This document shows positions 1-11,863 of a DNA stretch of 64,000 nucleotides, piece after piece. The DNA lies in the NCBI GenBank assembly GCA_004764695.1, contig SMSO01000025.1:4442862-4506861 (forward strand), in the 5' to 3' direction. A program made the position numbers and the translations under genes. This DNA comes from Schizochytrium sp. TIO01 (taxonomy: Eukaryota; Protista; Bigyra: Labyrinthulomycetes). Each line of letters begins with the position of its first letter. Position 1 is the first letter of the stretch. Under the pieces are notes generated by a model, which did not search any database, was not told the origin of the DNA, and saw nothing but the letters and a program-made list of their open reading frames with translations.

Positions 1-1387
1 TTCTCAAAAGCTTTTGGTGTTCGCGAAGACTCGAACAAAGGAGCCTCACCTCGAGCAAAAACTTTGGGGGACGACAAGATATTGAAGGCCAGGACTACAG
101 GGTCTCGTAGGTGGAACGTGCACGTTTTTGATATCTGGGAAGGTTCTGCAAGGACACTCATATCCATATCAGTTTTGATTTGATATAGGAAAGCGTGGTT
201 CTGGGATGCAGCATTTCGCAGAATTTGACGTGCTTTAGGTAAAGAAGGACCGAACATCGCAGAGACAGTAACGTCAGCCGCCTCATGTACATTGCTACTG
301 ACTTTGTTTTGAATTTGCAATTGAATACAAACCTTCTGAAGCCTTGTCTTTTCAAGCCGTTGCAGTGCAACTACTTTTCCACTGTGTTTCCGTCTTGTGC
401 AGTGTCTTGCACAAGATTTGCAGATGCGGTATGTATAGATTGTTTCTTAGCAAGGTACTTTTCATGACCTAATGTGAGATCGACTATGCTACTTGAGATA
501 AAATCTGCAAAGTCAGCAACATTCTCAAGCCTTAATTGGGTCTTTTCACGATTGTTGGTATCTCTTAGGTTTTTCAATGACAAACGCACCGGGCAGCCTT
601 GAATAAAATCTTGAGTTAAACGTTCAAAAGATGAGTGAGCCGTTTGGTCGATGTGAGACCATTTCTGTGCAATCTCGTCTTCTTCCTCTTCATCAGCAAC
701 TTGAAGGGCTTTGGATATTTCAGCTTCGTCTTGGCTGGGATCATCCTTGATGTAGCTATCATTCGATCCTAATCTATCACAATAGCTTTGAAAACGTTTG
801 TCAGCAGCTTCCACTTTCGAAGGAAGAGTTTGATTTCCTTTGCGATTGGTATTGTTGCTAGTGGTCAGATCTGAGCCTGAAGATACACCACAATGCTGGC
901 CTGCATCATTCCTAGATGGCATTGATTTGCTAGATGGGATAGGCTTGCTAGTCTCCGGGAAGTCGCGAGGAAGAAGCCATTTATCCGAATTCGCAGGGGA
1001 ATTGACGAGCCAGACGTGGCTGGTCCGTACAACAAGCTCGCGAGAATCTTTACTCTCATTCCATAGTTCACCATACTTATTCGTATAGATATTTGGGCAA
1101 GGCACATCCTCTGTTGCATGAGCCAAAAGAAATCGGGGTTCAGGTGCCATGAAATGACATCCTTTACGTAGACATGCATATACTTCGCCATTGACTTCGC
1201 GAAGCTTTTTAGAGCGGCAATCCCAATGGGGAATCCATTCGTCGTTTACTACAATCTGCCCACACCACCTGCATTCACGTGGGCTTCGATCGGTTACAAA
1301 TCTAATCAGAGGAAGTCGTGGTCTCCCACGGCGGCGCTTCCGAGGCTGGTCGTTTGAAGAGCTACTTGAAGAGGGTGAAGAGAGCAT
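1..1387 (-). mobile_element. Frameshifted large ORF: AT-hook and Cys/His Zn-finger-like N-terminus joined by a -1 shift to a transposase-like region running off the left edge
   Basis: ORF 371..1387 has KRRRGRPR (AT-hook), CRWC...HWDC and CLRKGC...H. A second minus frame is open from 446 to base 1 (VVALQRLEKTRLQK...FHLRDPVVLAFNILSSPKVF...). It joins by -1 at G GAA AAG TAG (371-380). The RDP..IL.SP segment resembles Plavaka/CMC-type transposases (recalled similarity, not searched). Confidence 0.45.
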
Positions 1388-3273
1388 CGCCCCTAGCAGT
1401 AATTACGTGCGTTCTCGATCAACTTATTTTGGGTTTGATTGTCTCGAGCGGACTTCGAGTTCTTCGCTTTCCAGTCTAAGTGCTACGAAATCTAGCGCTC
1501 GTAATAGTGCAGATAGCTATTACTAATACTACTCGGTAGGACCCCAAGAATTGGTTGCGGTACCTTTTTATGCAGAACCCGCTGCAGAATAGAATTAGAA
1601 GGTTGGGCGGTGCAATTGTTGTTCATCATCACGGTTGAAGTTACCCAGCCAGCTTGGCACTTAGAGACCATCATGTTCAGTGCGATCGAGAGCAAGGACA
1701 GAACTCGCGCGGACCACTTGATTCATCAAACTGTGATTTGCTGCAAGTTTTATGAAAGGTCGAAGCGGCATCAGAATCGATAAGCTATATTGTTTCTAGG
1801 TTGCCAACCGACCAATTGAGTACAGGGAGTCATATTGATGGGAATAGTGAGAGTGGAAACTTGACGACGGTGAGGAGGTGACCGCCCCTCAGGCCAAGGA
1901 AGAATCAAATGGTTTGCAATCGTACGAGATGCAAGCATGATTTCGAAATCGTTACGATATTGGAAAGAAATCTGCTAATCCTATTGTCTCTAACAAATTA
2001 ATTTTGCATGCAATCATGCCAAAAGGTATGATCTTGCTACTTCAAACTCAAAGGAAGGTGGAATCTACCATAACTCCTCATCATCTGTATCTTCCTTTCT
2101 TCACTGATTTGCATACAAGATGCTTGTGCTTCGAACATAACATTTTCTTTCGAGGAGATACTTTTTGCAAAGCTTCACGAATAGTGTATGAAACACAGTA
2201 TCGCGCTTGCCAGATACTTCAATGCAAACACTGTACTGCAGCCAAAGATATCAACAAGGAGCACAGAGTATTGTATCAATGAAAAAAGAAAGAAGCAGAT
2301 TATCATTTCATGTAAACATTAGTCCAGGATTATCTAATGAACATAGAATCTTAGTCTAGGCATTGAGGTATTCGTTCTGTCGCAGCGTGGCGTGTTCGAA
2401 CAAAATCTTAGTATTTTTTCGAACCCGCAGACGTCTCTTCAGATCAAATGTGCGCACAGTGGTCTTTCTTCTTCAATTTTCTATATTTTGAAATGGATAT
2501 GTTATTCCAAAGACACTCTTGAAGTTAGAAAATAGACGAATGAAGGTTTTTCGATTGCAATCTCGTCACAAAATATACTGCAGATAAAAAAGGGTAGCGA
2601 GAGTGAATATATAGGCGAACTTTGAATGTTCAATTTCCATAAAATGAGAAAAGTGCAGAAGTAGGATTTTGCTTGCTCAGACTTGTGATTTACATCAACG
2701 AAGAAATCGGCACATGATATTTAGATTTGCCAGCGTGAAACAGCCGAATATGATGAAACATTCAATCCATTGTTTTTTTGAGCTGGATCACTGAAAAGGC
2801 AAAAGTCGAAATCTGCGTTGGTATTGAAAACAATAATACGCCATAGTTCATGCAGGTCCATTAATTGTGACTTGGCCCATCGCATATTTGCTTGATTGTA
2901 TTTGATGGAAGTAATTGAGCTGATTAAAGGCGATTCAAAGGATTCGTATATTAGCGAACAACAAAATTGTTGTTGTGTTCCCTAAGATTCAACCGAAAAT
3001 TCCTCCTAACTTGAATTTGAGATTTGTGACTTAAATGCGGGAAGTAGCCGTGGGAAGGGATACGAAGAAATGACTTATCACAATTACGCGTGAAGAGAAT
3101 ACATCTTTTAAAAGAAGGTACTGTCAAATTAACACAACGAGCACAGTCAGTTCTAGTAAGAAATTACTTGTGTATGATAATTTTAAAGATGGGTTGTTAT
3201 AAGATTTGCAAGAAGATCAGAGCATCAGGAACTCGCTCAAGTAAATGGTGTTCAACTTTTGGGTCTAGATCAT

Positions 3274-4242
3274 TTAAATCTGACTCAAGTCAATGGATTC
3301 AACGACGACAGCAGTTGGGACGGGCGGAAGCGGGGCGGATCGACGAGGGGCATTAGAGTCGCTTCGTGTGCGAGCCACTCCATAGTCATCGTCTTCATCA
3401 CCCGAGTCTAACGGTGTTGAACACGAGCGAGCAAGGGGGCTGCACGGCGATCCGAGCGCAGGAATGATATTTGGTGGAGAGCAGGGCGCGGGCATAGTGG
3501 GGCTCATCGGAGAATGCATTTCTACAGGGGAACGCGGACACCCAGGTGACCGCAGACCTCCTGGAGACCGAATTCCTCCTGGAGAGCGCATACCCGAGGT
3601 TGTGCCACTGGGGTATGTTGGACTTGTTGGCGAGCGGCCAGAAAGAGATGCACAAGATCTAGCGGTAAGGTTTGCAATGTCAATCATGGACTCGCTCGGG
3701 GGCAGGACATTCTGATTCCGCGACGAGGACTCTGCAGCCGCGGTGGATTCAGCACTGGACTTGGTCCTAGCACGCTTGCGCTTCTGATTAAGACGCTTGT
3801 TGAAGATACATTTGCCAATGAAAATACCAGGAAGACCAAGCAACAGAGAAAGGGTGAAAAGATAAGTAACCGTGTCTGGTGTGGGATCAATCGGTTCGTT
3901 GTTGGTCAGCTGCCGAAGAATGAGACATGTGCAAATGATGCAAGCAATAATAACATTGATCACCCAAAGCATCAGTCCAAGGGTTACAGAAGTCCTCCAT
4001 GGCATTTCACACGAGCAAGACACGTCACCTTCATCTTCAGAAATCATGCATGCGCTCTGGAGGTAGTTTTCCTGTTCACAGACGTAGCCACAATACTCCT
4101 CGCAGCAGGAGTTCGAGACAGCCAGGCCGGTGTCTGGCTCACATACTTCCGAAGCATGCGAGACTCCTGTGCAGAGTGCAAGCACAAGCAAAATCAGAGC
4201 TAATGCTCTCCAAGACGAGGTGGGCACTGAGTTGTGGTTCAT
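3274..4242 (-). CDS. Membrane protein: signal peptide, Cys-rich ectodomain, about 2 TM helices, Ser-Pro repeat cytoplasmic tail
   Basis: First ATG at 4242 (MNHNSV). Hydrophobic LALILLVLALCTG, 8-Cys segment, two hydrophobic stretches, repeated RSPGG/SP motifs. Confidence 0.75.
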   Translation of the reverse strand: MNHNSVPTSSWRALALILLVLALCTGVSHASEVCEPDTGLAVSNSCCEEYCGYVCEQENYLQSACMISEDEGDVSCSCEMPWRTSVTLGLMLWVINVIIACIICTCLILRQLTNNEPIDPTPDTVTYLFTLSLLLGLPGIFIGKCIFNKRLNQKRKRARTKSSAESTAAAESSSRNQNVLPPSESMIDIANLTARSCASLSGRSPTSPTYPSGTTSGMRSPGGIRSPGGLRSPGCPRSPVEMHSPMSPTMPAPCSPPNIIPALGSPCSPLARSCSTPLDSGDEDDDYGVARTRSDSNAPRRSAPLPPVPTAVVVESIDLSQI

Positions 4243-4781
4243 CGTCTCCAACAGATGCGGTTGCGTTATCAAGTCGCCAGCCTATCAGTCGAACGTTGGA
4301 GCAGTGCTGCAGCCAGAGGCTTGCAGGCTTAGGGTCTACAAGCCTTGTCAAGGCTCAAACTTAGTCAATCTAGTTAAGGATGGGAGACGTTGACTGGGGA
4401 GAGAGCTCAGTTTTAATGATCCTAGCACGCTGGTACCGTGCAGTCAGTCAATTCGCGCACGCGCCCAGGTACACACCTTATCAACGGACAGCAACCCAAG
4501 GTTACTATCGACCAAAAATGTGGATCTATCTATATATATATTTGGAAAATGGCACTTATTGGGCGATTCGGTGGGAAGTAGATGTTGTGGTGATAAAGAT
4601 AAGTTGTTTATGACTGTAACAACCAATGTTACTATGGCTTTGGTCCTATGCTCTTTAGGTTGTAAATAATGGTGGAAACAGAAGAGTAAATTTGGCGCCA
4701 GAGAAAAGATAGAAAAAAGGAAAGTGTAACAAGAGATTGCCCAGGAATCTCTACTAGTGGGAAATGCAGAGAGAATAGGTG

Positions 4782-4784
<3 letters not shown>

Positions 4785-4812
<28 letters not shown>
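4785..4812. repeat. (GA)n microsatellite
   Basis: Read directly. Confidence 0.95.
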
Positions 4813-4819
<7 letters not shown>

Positions 4820-5189
4820 AAGGTAGAGAGAGGTGATCAGAGACATCTTTAAAGAACTGGGATTGACTTGCCGAGACTCGTTCATAGCATTGAACAGATT
4901 AGTGCAGTAATATCAAATGAAAATAGAATCGAAATTTTAAAAATAAGCCCCAGGAAGCATGAAATGAATAGCTTGCTCTTGAATGAGTCAATTATAGAAT
5001 ATCTCCACCTTTAAAAAAAATCAAACTAGGTAATAACAAAAACAATAAAAGATACATGGCTGTCAAAGGCTAGTGTCTATGAATAGTACGAGAGCAAAGC
5101 GCATGGGGATGATGTGGTTTCTTTGTAAACCACGGCCTACCTGTCCTAGTGTCAGGTTTTGAGGATGGAAATAATTGATAATATTTCAT

Positions 5190-5876
5190 TCAGTGTTTGC
5201 GCTTTGAGATTGTTGATGAGGACGGCGCATTTCGAGTCTGCAACGTACCTCGAACTTGAGCAAGTCGCTTCGCGAAGGCTTCATTTTCGCGATCGATATT
5301 TTTCTGAATGCGACGGTTATTAATTTGTGCAGACCCAGCACGTGAACTTGATTTTGGCTTCGCGGCTGTTGCAGACACATGCCGCATTGAAGCAGGCACA
5401 ATACCTTGACGTCGGTTATTAATTGAAGCAAGCTTTTTCACGAGTTGCATATTTTCGCGCTCAATTCTTTTTCGTTCAATAATGTCAAAGGTAAAGTCAT
5501 GGGTCTCAGCGCGCTTGTTGGCAGGTCGAGACGCGTGCATGTTTGCCGTGGTTGGTTTACGAGCAGTCCCACTGCCAGCAGCGCAATCGGCTGCGTTAGG
5601 CCTTTGCTTTACACTAAGCCTTGACTTTGAAGACTGGAGTCTTCCCTCTGTGTTTTCTCGCCCATAGCTGCTGCGACCCTCAGCAGTTGAATGGCGAGTG
5701 TTTTCCGATGCTACGGCATTCAATCTCACTTGTCGCATCATTGCCTCTGCAAGTTGCGTCGTTTCCCGATCCTCTTCGTCATCATCCTGTACTTCTCCTC
5801 TTTGGGCCATTGCTTTAGACGACCTGCCACGAATGCTTTCCTGCGGCGCACCTGAGCTCATCATCATTGAGGCCAT
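5190..5876 (-). CDS. CFAP97/KIAA1430 (Hemingway) domain cilia/flagella-associated protein
   Basis: Two repeats, RIERENMQLVKKLASI and NNRRIQKNIDRENEAFAKRLAQVR, typical of the CFAP97 domain. First ATG at 5876 (MASMMM); the ORF-track start at 6017 is not ATG. Confidence 0.75.
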   Translation of the reverse strand: MASMMMSSGAPQESIRGRSSKAMAQRGEVQDDDEEDRETTQLAEAMMRQVRLNAVASENTRHSTAEGRSSYGRENTEGRLQSSKSRLSVKQRPNAADCAAGSGTARKPTTANMHASRPANKRAETHDFTFDIIERKRIERENMQLVKKLASINNRRQGIVPASMRHVSATAAKPKSSSRAGSAQINNRRIQKNIDRENEAFAKRLAQVRGTLQTRNAPSSSTISKRKH

Positions 5877-6341
5877 TCTTCTCGTCTTTCTCAGCCTCTT
5901 ACCTCTTTGGAGTTTGCCTGCTGCAACCGAGCTGGTGAGGAACACTTCAACTTGCACCTCTCTTACCAGCCAATCTAGAATTTGATCCTTCCCAGCACAA
6001 ACACGCGTTTTGTACAAAGTTCTCGCCGCCAGCTCTTAATCTTTTGCACAATTTTGTCTCGCCGTGGAAAATCGAACAACGTGAACGGTACTACATATAT
6101 TTTAAATTCGTGAATAAGGTGTGTACCTACTCTCGACTTTAAAAAAAGGGTAAAAAAACATACCTGACCATATTTGTGCATGATATATATGTTAACAAAA
6201 TAAAAAATGGCTCTGTGTAATATTCGCACGATACAACTCGATCGCAAATGATAATGATAGTAAGATAGAGTTGTCCTATTCTAAAAGGAAGGTGAAGGAA
6301 CTTTCAAAATTCGTGTTTTACTTTAAGTTGTCACATTTCCG

Positions 6342-7740
6342 GTGGGTTTTATAACTATCAAATTGCAACTGAAACCCGATTCTGAGTCCTTGGAAAAATC
6401 AAACCAAGTTTTCTGCGATCTGATCGTTACTGAAGTCATAGTTATCATTTGCTCTGAAGCACTAATTCACTTCCCTTTGAGAATAACAGAGAAGACAAGC
6501 AGAGGGGAAATTGATCCCAATAAAAGATTAAAGGATGTGGCTCAACTTACTAAATAAAAGCTTCAGCCCATAAGCGGAGCTTCTAATTTTGAATTCTGTT
6601 AGTGGTTGCAAGCTAAGGTATGGTGAATAACGAGGCCATACGCTGATATGTCGTTAGAAATGCACATTTTCTCGTTGGAATTGTTCTAGGGCATAGTCCA
6701 AACAATCCTGAACAGCATCAAGGGTGACCATATCATTATTTACCCTCGCTACCTTGAATTTCAGTATGAAGGCTTCACAAACAACACAAATCAACCTGAT
6801 ATTTCGATTGTAATAGCTAATCTTTATCCTCAAAAGTGGTGGGGAGATAGGTATGGGATGTTATTGTTAAGATTAAGGTATATAAGAGGCCGGAACTATT
6901 ACATTGCGGATAAGGTAATCGACAGTATACTGCAGGCCACTAATAGACTTCGCTACCAAGTGTGTGCTTCTAGCAAAGGTTGATCTATCTATACATTCGG
7001 CTTTTGTTTAATCAATTTGATTGAGGAGTCTGCACAAAGTTATGATTTAACAACTTCGTTGGGTCATGCCGACAGTGGGAGCATCAAGCTACTGTTCTCT
7101 TCACAAAAGATTGATAATCGATGGTGAATAGGAATGCAGCAAAACCTTCAATACTTCTTTATAAGTCCTTAAGGGTTTGGTTGCACAATTTAGAGAGTGT
7201 AATCATAAAAAAGGTAGTGTTTATCAAAGCTGGGGGAATAGTTGAGACATATCCATGAGAATCTAAGAAAGCCAATCAAAGTACTTTCTAGCCTAGAGAT
7301 TGACAACCTTCATGTAAACAAGATCTCTTGAGAAGCTTGTAAACCATTCCAGAGTCCTTCATTCTTCATGGACTAATTAGAAACACGACTCTCACTGAGA
7401 TTCGTTACATGATCAGCAGATCTCTATCTCAAAGGCCTATACTCTATTCATTATTAGGGTTTTGCTAGTACTTGATCGTCTAGACCCTTTTCATTTCAGG
7501 TCTCACAAGAGATGTTTTGTAACCTGCAATCTCGTTTACTTGGGTAGAAGCTACAGAAGGTAGAGCGACAGCTGTAGCCCCGTTTTCCCTAAGATAACCT
7601 CTTGCTCAACAAGTGCTGACTTTCATCACTAGCCGTATAAAAATTGCTAATTATAGCCCTCTGCTTCCTCAACGACCTCGGTCAGTGGCAACGAATACGT
7701 ACTTATACAGTGTAACAAATTTCTTTATTATTATCACTGG
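6342..7740 (+). pseudogene. Decayed restriction-endonuclease-fold plus protein-kinase-like gene (Crinkler/CR or FunK1-like)
   Basis: A long frame with scattered stops reads GIVQTILNSI...QPDISIV...ILQATNRLRYQ...IYTFGF, with WDVIVKIK in a shifted frame. Kinase-like remnants follow: KKVVFIK, LKGLYSIHY*GF, LVYLGRS, NDLGQW. Confidence 0.4.
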
Positions 7741-8033
7741 ACTGGCACACCTGTTGAAAAGATGATGGGGTTCATTGGGACACCTTTATTCTGTCCCATC
7801 GAACTAGGTGGTCATTTATGACCTGCGAAAGACAGTTTGGGTGGAGACGCCGATTCGCTTGTGCAGAGCGGTTTTGCAAGCGGAGTTTTGCTTTGGGCCC
7901 GCCGCGGTTTTGAAGGTTGCACGCACGGCCTGGGTGCATATTAGTTTTTCTGTCACACCTGGTGAGGGAGCACCAAGGTCAAGGAGGTTTCTGGACGCGA
8001 CTTAGAGCTTCTGACCCGCGGGACGCCTCAAAG

Positions 8034-8954
8034 ATGGGGGACCAGCAACAACAAAAACAGCAACTTCAAGAAATGGTGCAGGCTGGGAGCCCAAGCTCGA
8101 GACGGCGTGAGTTCCTGGCAAACCTGGATGCGCGGTCTAGTGTAAGGATTGTGGAGGGAATCATGTCCCAGGATGAGGCCTCACGCATTCTTGAGGCTGC
8201 ACGCCGCGCGGTAAAACGAAAGGGCGGCTGGTCGACGGAGAGGCATCGGGACTTTGCAACGACAGATTTACCTCTTTTTGAGCTATCTACAAGAGCTTTC
8301 GCCTTTGTCCGCAGAATTCTGCGCGATCGCCTTTTAGCGTGGTGTGCTAAGCAGTACAATCTTGATGTTGCCGATCTCTTCTTCAAGGACTTATTTATTG
8401 TCTCGTACAATGCGGATGAGCCAAATGGCCAGCGAGAGCTTGCAATGCACCACGATGGTTCATTGTTTTCATTTAACGTGAATTTGTCGCCTGAGGGTGC
8501 TTTTGAAGGTGGTGGAACCCACTTCCCACAGCTGGGCGCTGTGAAAATCAATCAAGGAGATGCAGTGGTACATGATGGCAAAGTACTGCATGCCGGTGCA
8601 CCGGTTACCAAGGGCGAGCGTGTGATTCTCGTGGCCTTCGTTGATACCGTACTCGACGAAACACCATCATTTGGAGATTCTGAACTTGCTCGTGAGCGCC
8701 GGGACGCTCAAGAGCTCCGCGCACTTCATGAGCGCGAGAGGAAATCTGCAGCGAAAGTTGATGACGCTGTGGAGGATGCCATGTTTTTACTTCATGCAAT
8801 CTCTGTAGACAGTGATGATGAGGATGCAGAAAACAAGAAAAATGACCTTTATGCAGCTGACGAACAAGGCTCTTTTGAAGACACCTGCAATCTTCCGAAA
8901 GATCTTCATGCTACCCACCTTTTGCGCGAAATTTACGCCTCAATTGATTCCTGA
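8034..8954 (+). CDS. 2-oxoglutarate/Fe(II)-dependent dioxygenase (prolyl/lysyl hydroxylase-like)
   Basis: HHD (HxD)...FSFNVNLS...FEGGGTHF...LHAGAPVTKGERVILVAFV gives the HxD...H triad and the 2OG-binding Arg. First ATG at 8034. Confidence 0.9.
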   Translation: MGDQQQQKQQLQEMVQAGSPSSRRREFLANLDARSSVRIVEGIMSQDEASRILEAARRAVKRKGGWSTERHRDFATTDLPLFELSTRAFAFVRRILRDRLLAWCAKQYNLDVADLFFKDLFIVSYNADEPNGQRELAMHHDGSLFSFNVNLSPEGAFEGGGTHFPQLGAVKINQGDAVVHDGKVLHAGAPVTKGERVILVAFVDTVLDETPSFGDSELARERRDAQELRALHERERKSAAKVDDAVEDAMFLLHAISVDSDDEDAENKKNDLYAADEQGSFEDTCNLPKDLHATHLLREIYASIDS

Positions 8955-10909
8955 ATGATTAGATTAAAATTAAACCAAATATAGCGGTAGTTCGGGCCCA
9001 TCCCCAGACATTATGGGTCAGATCTACTGCGATTTTCTGTTCCAACTCTTGGTGCTACGAGACCAGGCTTGTAAGGAAGTGTACCAATGTGAGGACTTCA
9101 GTCTAGGCTGGTATAGCTTTACTTTCTCAAACCTGCCTTCATCTAGCAATACATTGTATATTGATTCCGCTCTTGCTATAGTTTATGGCGAGTTTAATCT
9201 TTCTGTAATTAGTATTTATCTCTACTTTGTACCTTCAGATTGAAAACACATGCAATTTAATCTCATGCGATGTGTTTGCATGTAGTCGCGCCGACATGTC
9301 ATTGTGGATCACTCATCGCAGAAAAGTTTTATTCCGAGCTAATTTATCTGAAAAGTGATTTGCCCGTCTTATTATACTTTTCAAAATCAATACTATTCGA
9401 AGAATCAAGATATTTCCAGTCTCGTGAGTTCCGTAGGTTCGCTCTGAATAGCCATGGGTATTACAAATAGTGAAATATCATCGCCAATCGCAGCTTGTGT
9501 TTACGTTGACTTTTCTCGCAGCGGCTCTTTTTTCATTTTCCCACTATAAAAAGTAGAGTTCAAGTGTTTATCTCTCGTGGAAAACTCTAAGCCCAAGCCC
9601 CGTGAGTTATCATGATATTTTGGTACTAACCATCTTTCTTCAAAGATATGATGGATCTTGCTATATGGTACTTGTATTAAAAGATAGTCTCAGAAATCTC
9701 GTGTACTCCTGTTATGTTTCGAGTTAGAAAAATGAAGACTAAAAATAAATAAGATATAAAAACTTCAGGTTGAAAATGAGTAACTTTCGTAGTAATCAAA
9801 GTTATATTATTTTCTTTCCCATGTGTTGGTAGAGACTTAAAAATAAATAAAAAATAGTAATCATTATTGTTAAAACTATTTTTTACCTTTTAGGCTACGT
9901 ATTTTCATTTAAACTTTTAGAATGCTTTTATTTTATTTTATTTACTACCTAAATGAATGAAATATATAATAATAATAATAATCATCATCATCTTAACAGT
10001 ACTTATATTATCTATACAAGTAAAAAGCAGTTGAACACAATGTAAAATGGAAAGCAAGTGGACCAAAATAAACAAAACCATCATCGTGAAATAAAGGGCG
10101 ATGAGGCGGGAAATACTTGGTTTAGGTTCTCAATCGCACTTCAAGAACCATCTCCAACTCCGAATAGCAAGTTCGGCCGAAGCCTTCTCCACATTTCCTT
10201 TCATAATGCGTGCTCCTTTGCTAACTATAATTTTTTGCCCTTTCCAATCATTGATGATGATCACACTTCTTTCCTTTTCCTCAAACTCTCAGTCTGCGAG
10301 TCCAGCACTCCTACCCTTTTCACTATTTACGCCCATACCATCCACAAAAAAGGTAACCCATTTCAAGCGATAAAGATCTCGCTGCCAAACACTACATCTT
10401 GTCACTACAAGTTTATATATTTTACAATATTACATAGTATTATACTATGGAGCGCACAAAGTACTGCGCTGTGCTGTGAAATCTAAAGTAAATAAGTCTC
10501 AAAATGTAATGCGCCCCTTCTAGCAGCGGTCTACTGTATACGCTAGGACTGTCGGAAGGAGCAGAACACAGTTTGCGGCGCACGGCGCGAACAATCAGAG
10601 CGGAGGGAGCGGTTTCTTCGCTCGTGGGCGGTGGGACTCCGCTCCTCAGGGGGGGCAAGGGCCTCCATGGAGCGGTTCTTGGCCTCTGGCTGATCAGCCG
10701 CTCCTCGATGCCGTCCGTATCCTCGCCGTCGTCGTCGTCTTTGCTGATTTTGCTGCTGATTTATATATATGTGATACAGATATCGATATATATATGTGTG
10801 ATACATATATGTATATAAACATACATAGATAAATATAGATAATAGTTGATATAGGTAGTAGATATAGGTGATAGGTATAGGTAATAGATACAGATAGTTG
10901 ATCTAGGTT

Positions 10910-10943
10910 ATAGATAGATAGATAGAGAGATAGATAGAGAGAT

Positions 10944-10984
<41 letters not shown>

Positions 10985-10989
10985 AAGAT
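10910..10989. repeat. (AGAT)n/(GAGAGATA)n compound microsatellite
   Basis: Read directly. Confidence 0.9.
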
Positions 10990-11150
10990 AATTTGCGAAG
11001 AATGGTATCTTGGACTCCTTACTACGTATGGGTAATAAAGAGCTCGAGACATCGTAAGGAATACGTACCTGTAGTACTCATGGTAGGTTGAGGAAGCAAG
11101 CTGATGCACAATTTGTGTCAGCGCTTTGGATCTCCGTTGGTCAGCAGACA

Positions 11151-11201
11151 GTTTGTTTGTTTGTTTGTTTGTTTGTTTGTTTGTTTGTTTGTTTGTTTGT
11201 T
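11151..11201. repeat. (GTTT)n microsatellite
   Basis: Read directly. Confidence 0.95.
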
Positions 11202-11863
11202 GTTGCCAAGTTTGATGAGGGAGTAGAAGGTAAGCAAGTACATAGCTAGGGAGCTAGCAAGTGGGGCTGCTTTTTGTGATTTGCAGATTCGTGATGGAAG
11301 GGCATTCATGCCGACCTACGCACGCAGGAATGCCCATTTCTTTCGTTCTTTCTTTCAAGGGGGATCGTGGTTTGCCTAGGCGATAGATAGTGCTTATGCT
11401 AACGCACCTGGTATGAATGAGGTATCTTTTGCCGCTGTTTGGCGTTGAACTTGGACTTGGACTCGATCGAAACATGACAGAGGCGGGACTGTTGTTGTTA
11501 AGTCTTGTGTGCTGCAAGACGAGGTTGGACAAAGTGAGACAAGGCTGTAGTACTACTGGGAGCGCGGTGAAATAATGGTGCGTTAAGGGAGATCCTTTCG
11601 GTAGAGAGGATTTTGGAGGAGAGAAACGACAAGACCGGGATGGAAGAGATAGAATAGAGAAACTAAGAGAGAAGAAGAAGATATGGTGGATATCGTCAGA
11701 GACAAAATGCATGCATGATGCGATTAAAGCGTGTATTATTTTTGGGTCGGGTATGCAGGTAGTATGTGTTATCTATAGGGAAACCATGGATCAATCAACA
11801 AAATCGTCTTGTTTGGGAGTAGACGGAAAAGAGGGTGTTTGGGTGATGTCTTGTTAAGTTGAT

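Noticed and set aside
10440-10818. Short GC-rich ORFs (e.g. KDDDDGEDTDGIEERLISQRPRTAP)
   Set aside because: No ATG or supportable splice model and no recognisable domain.
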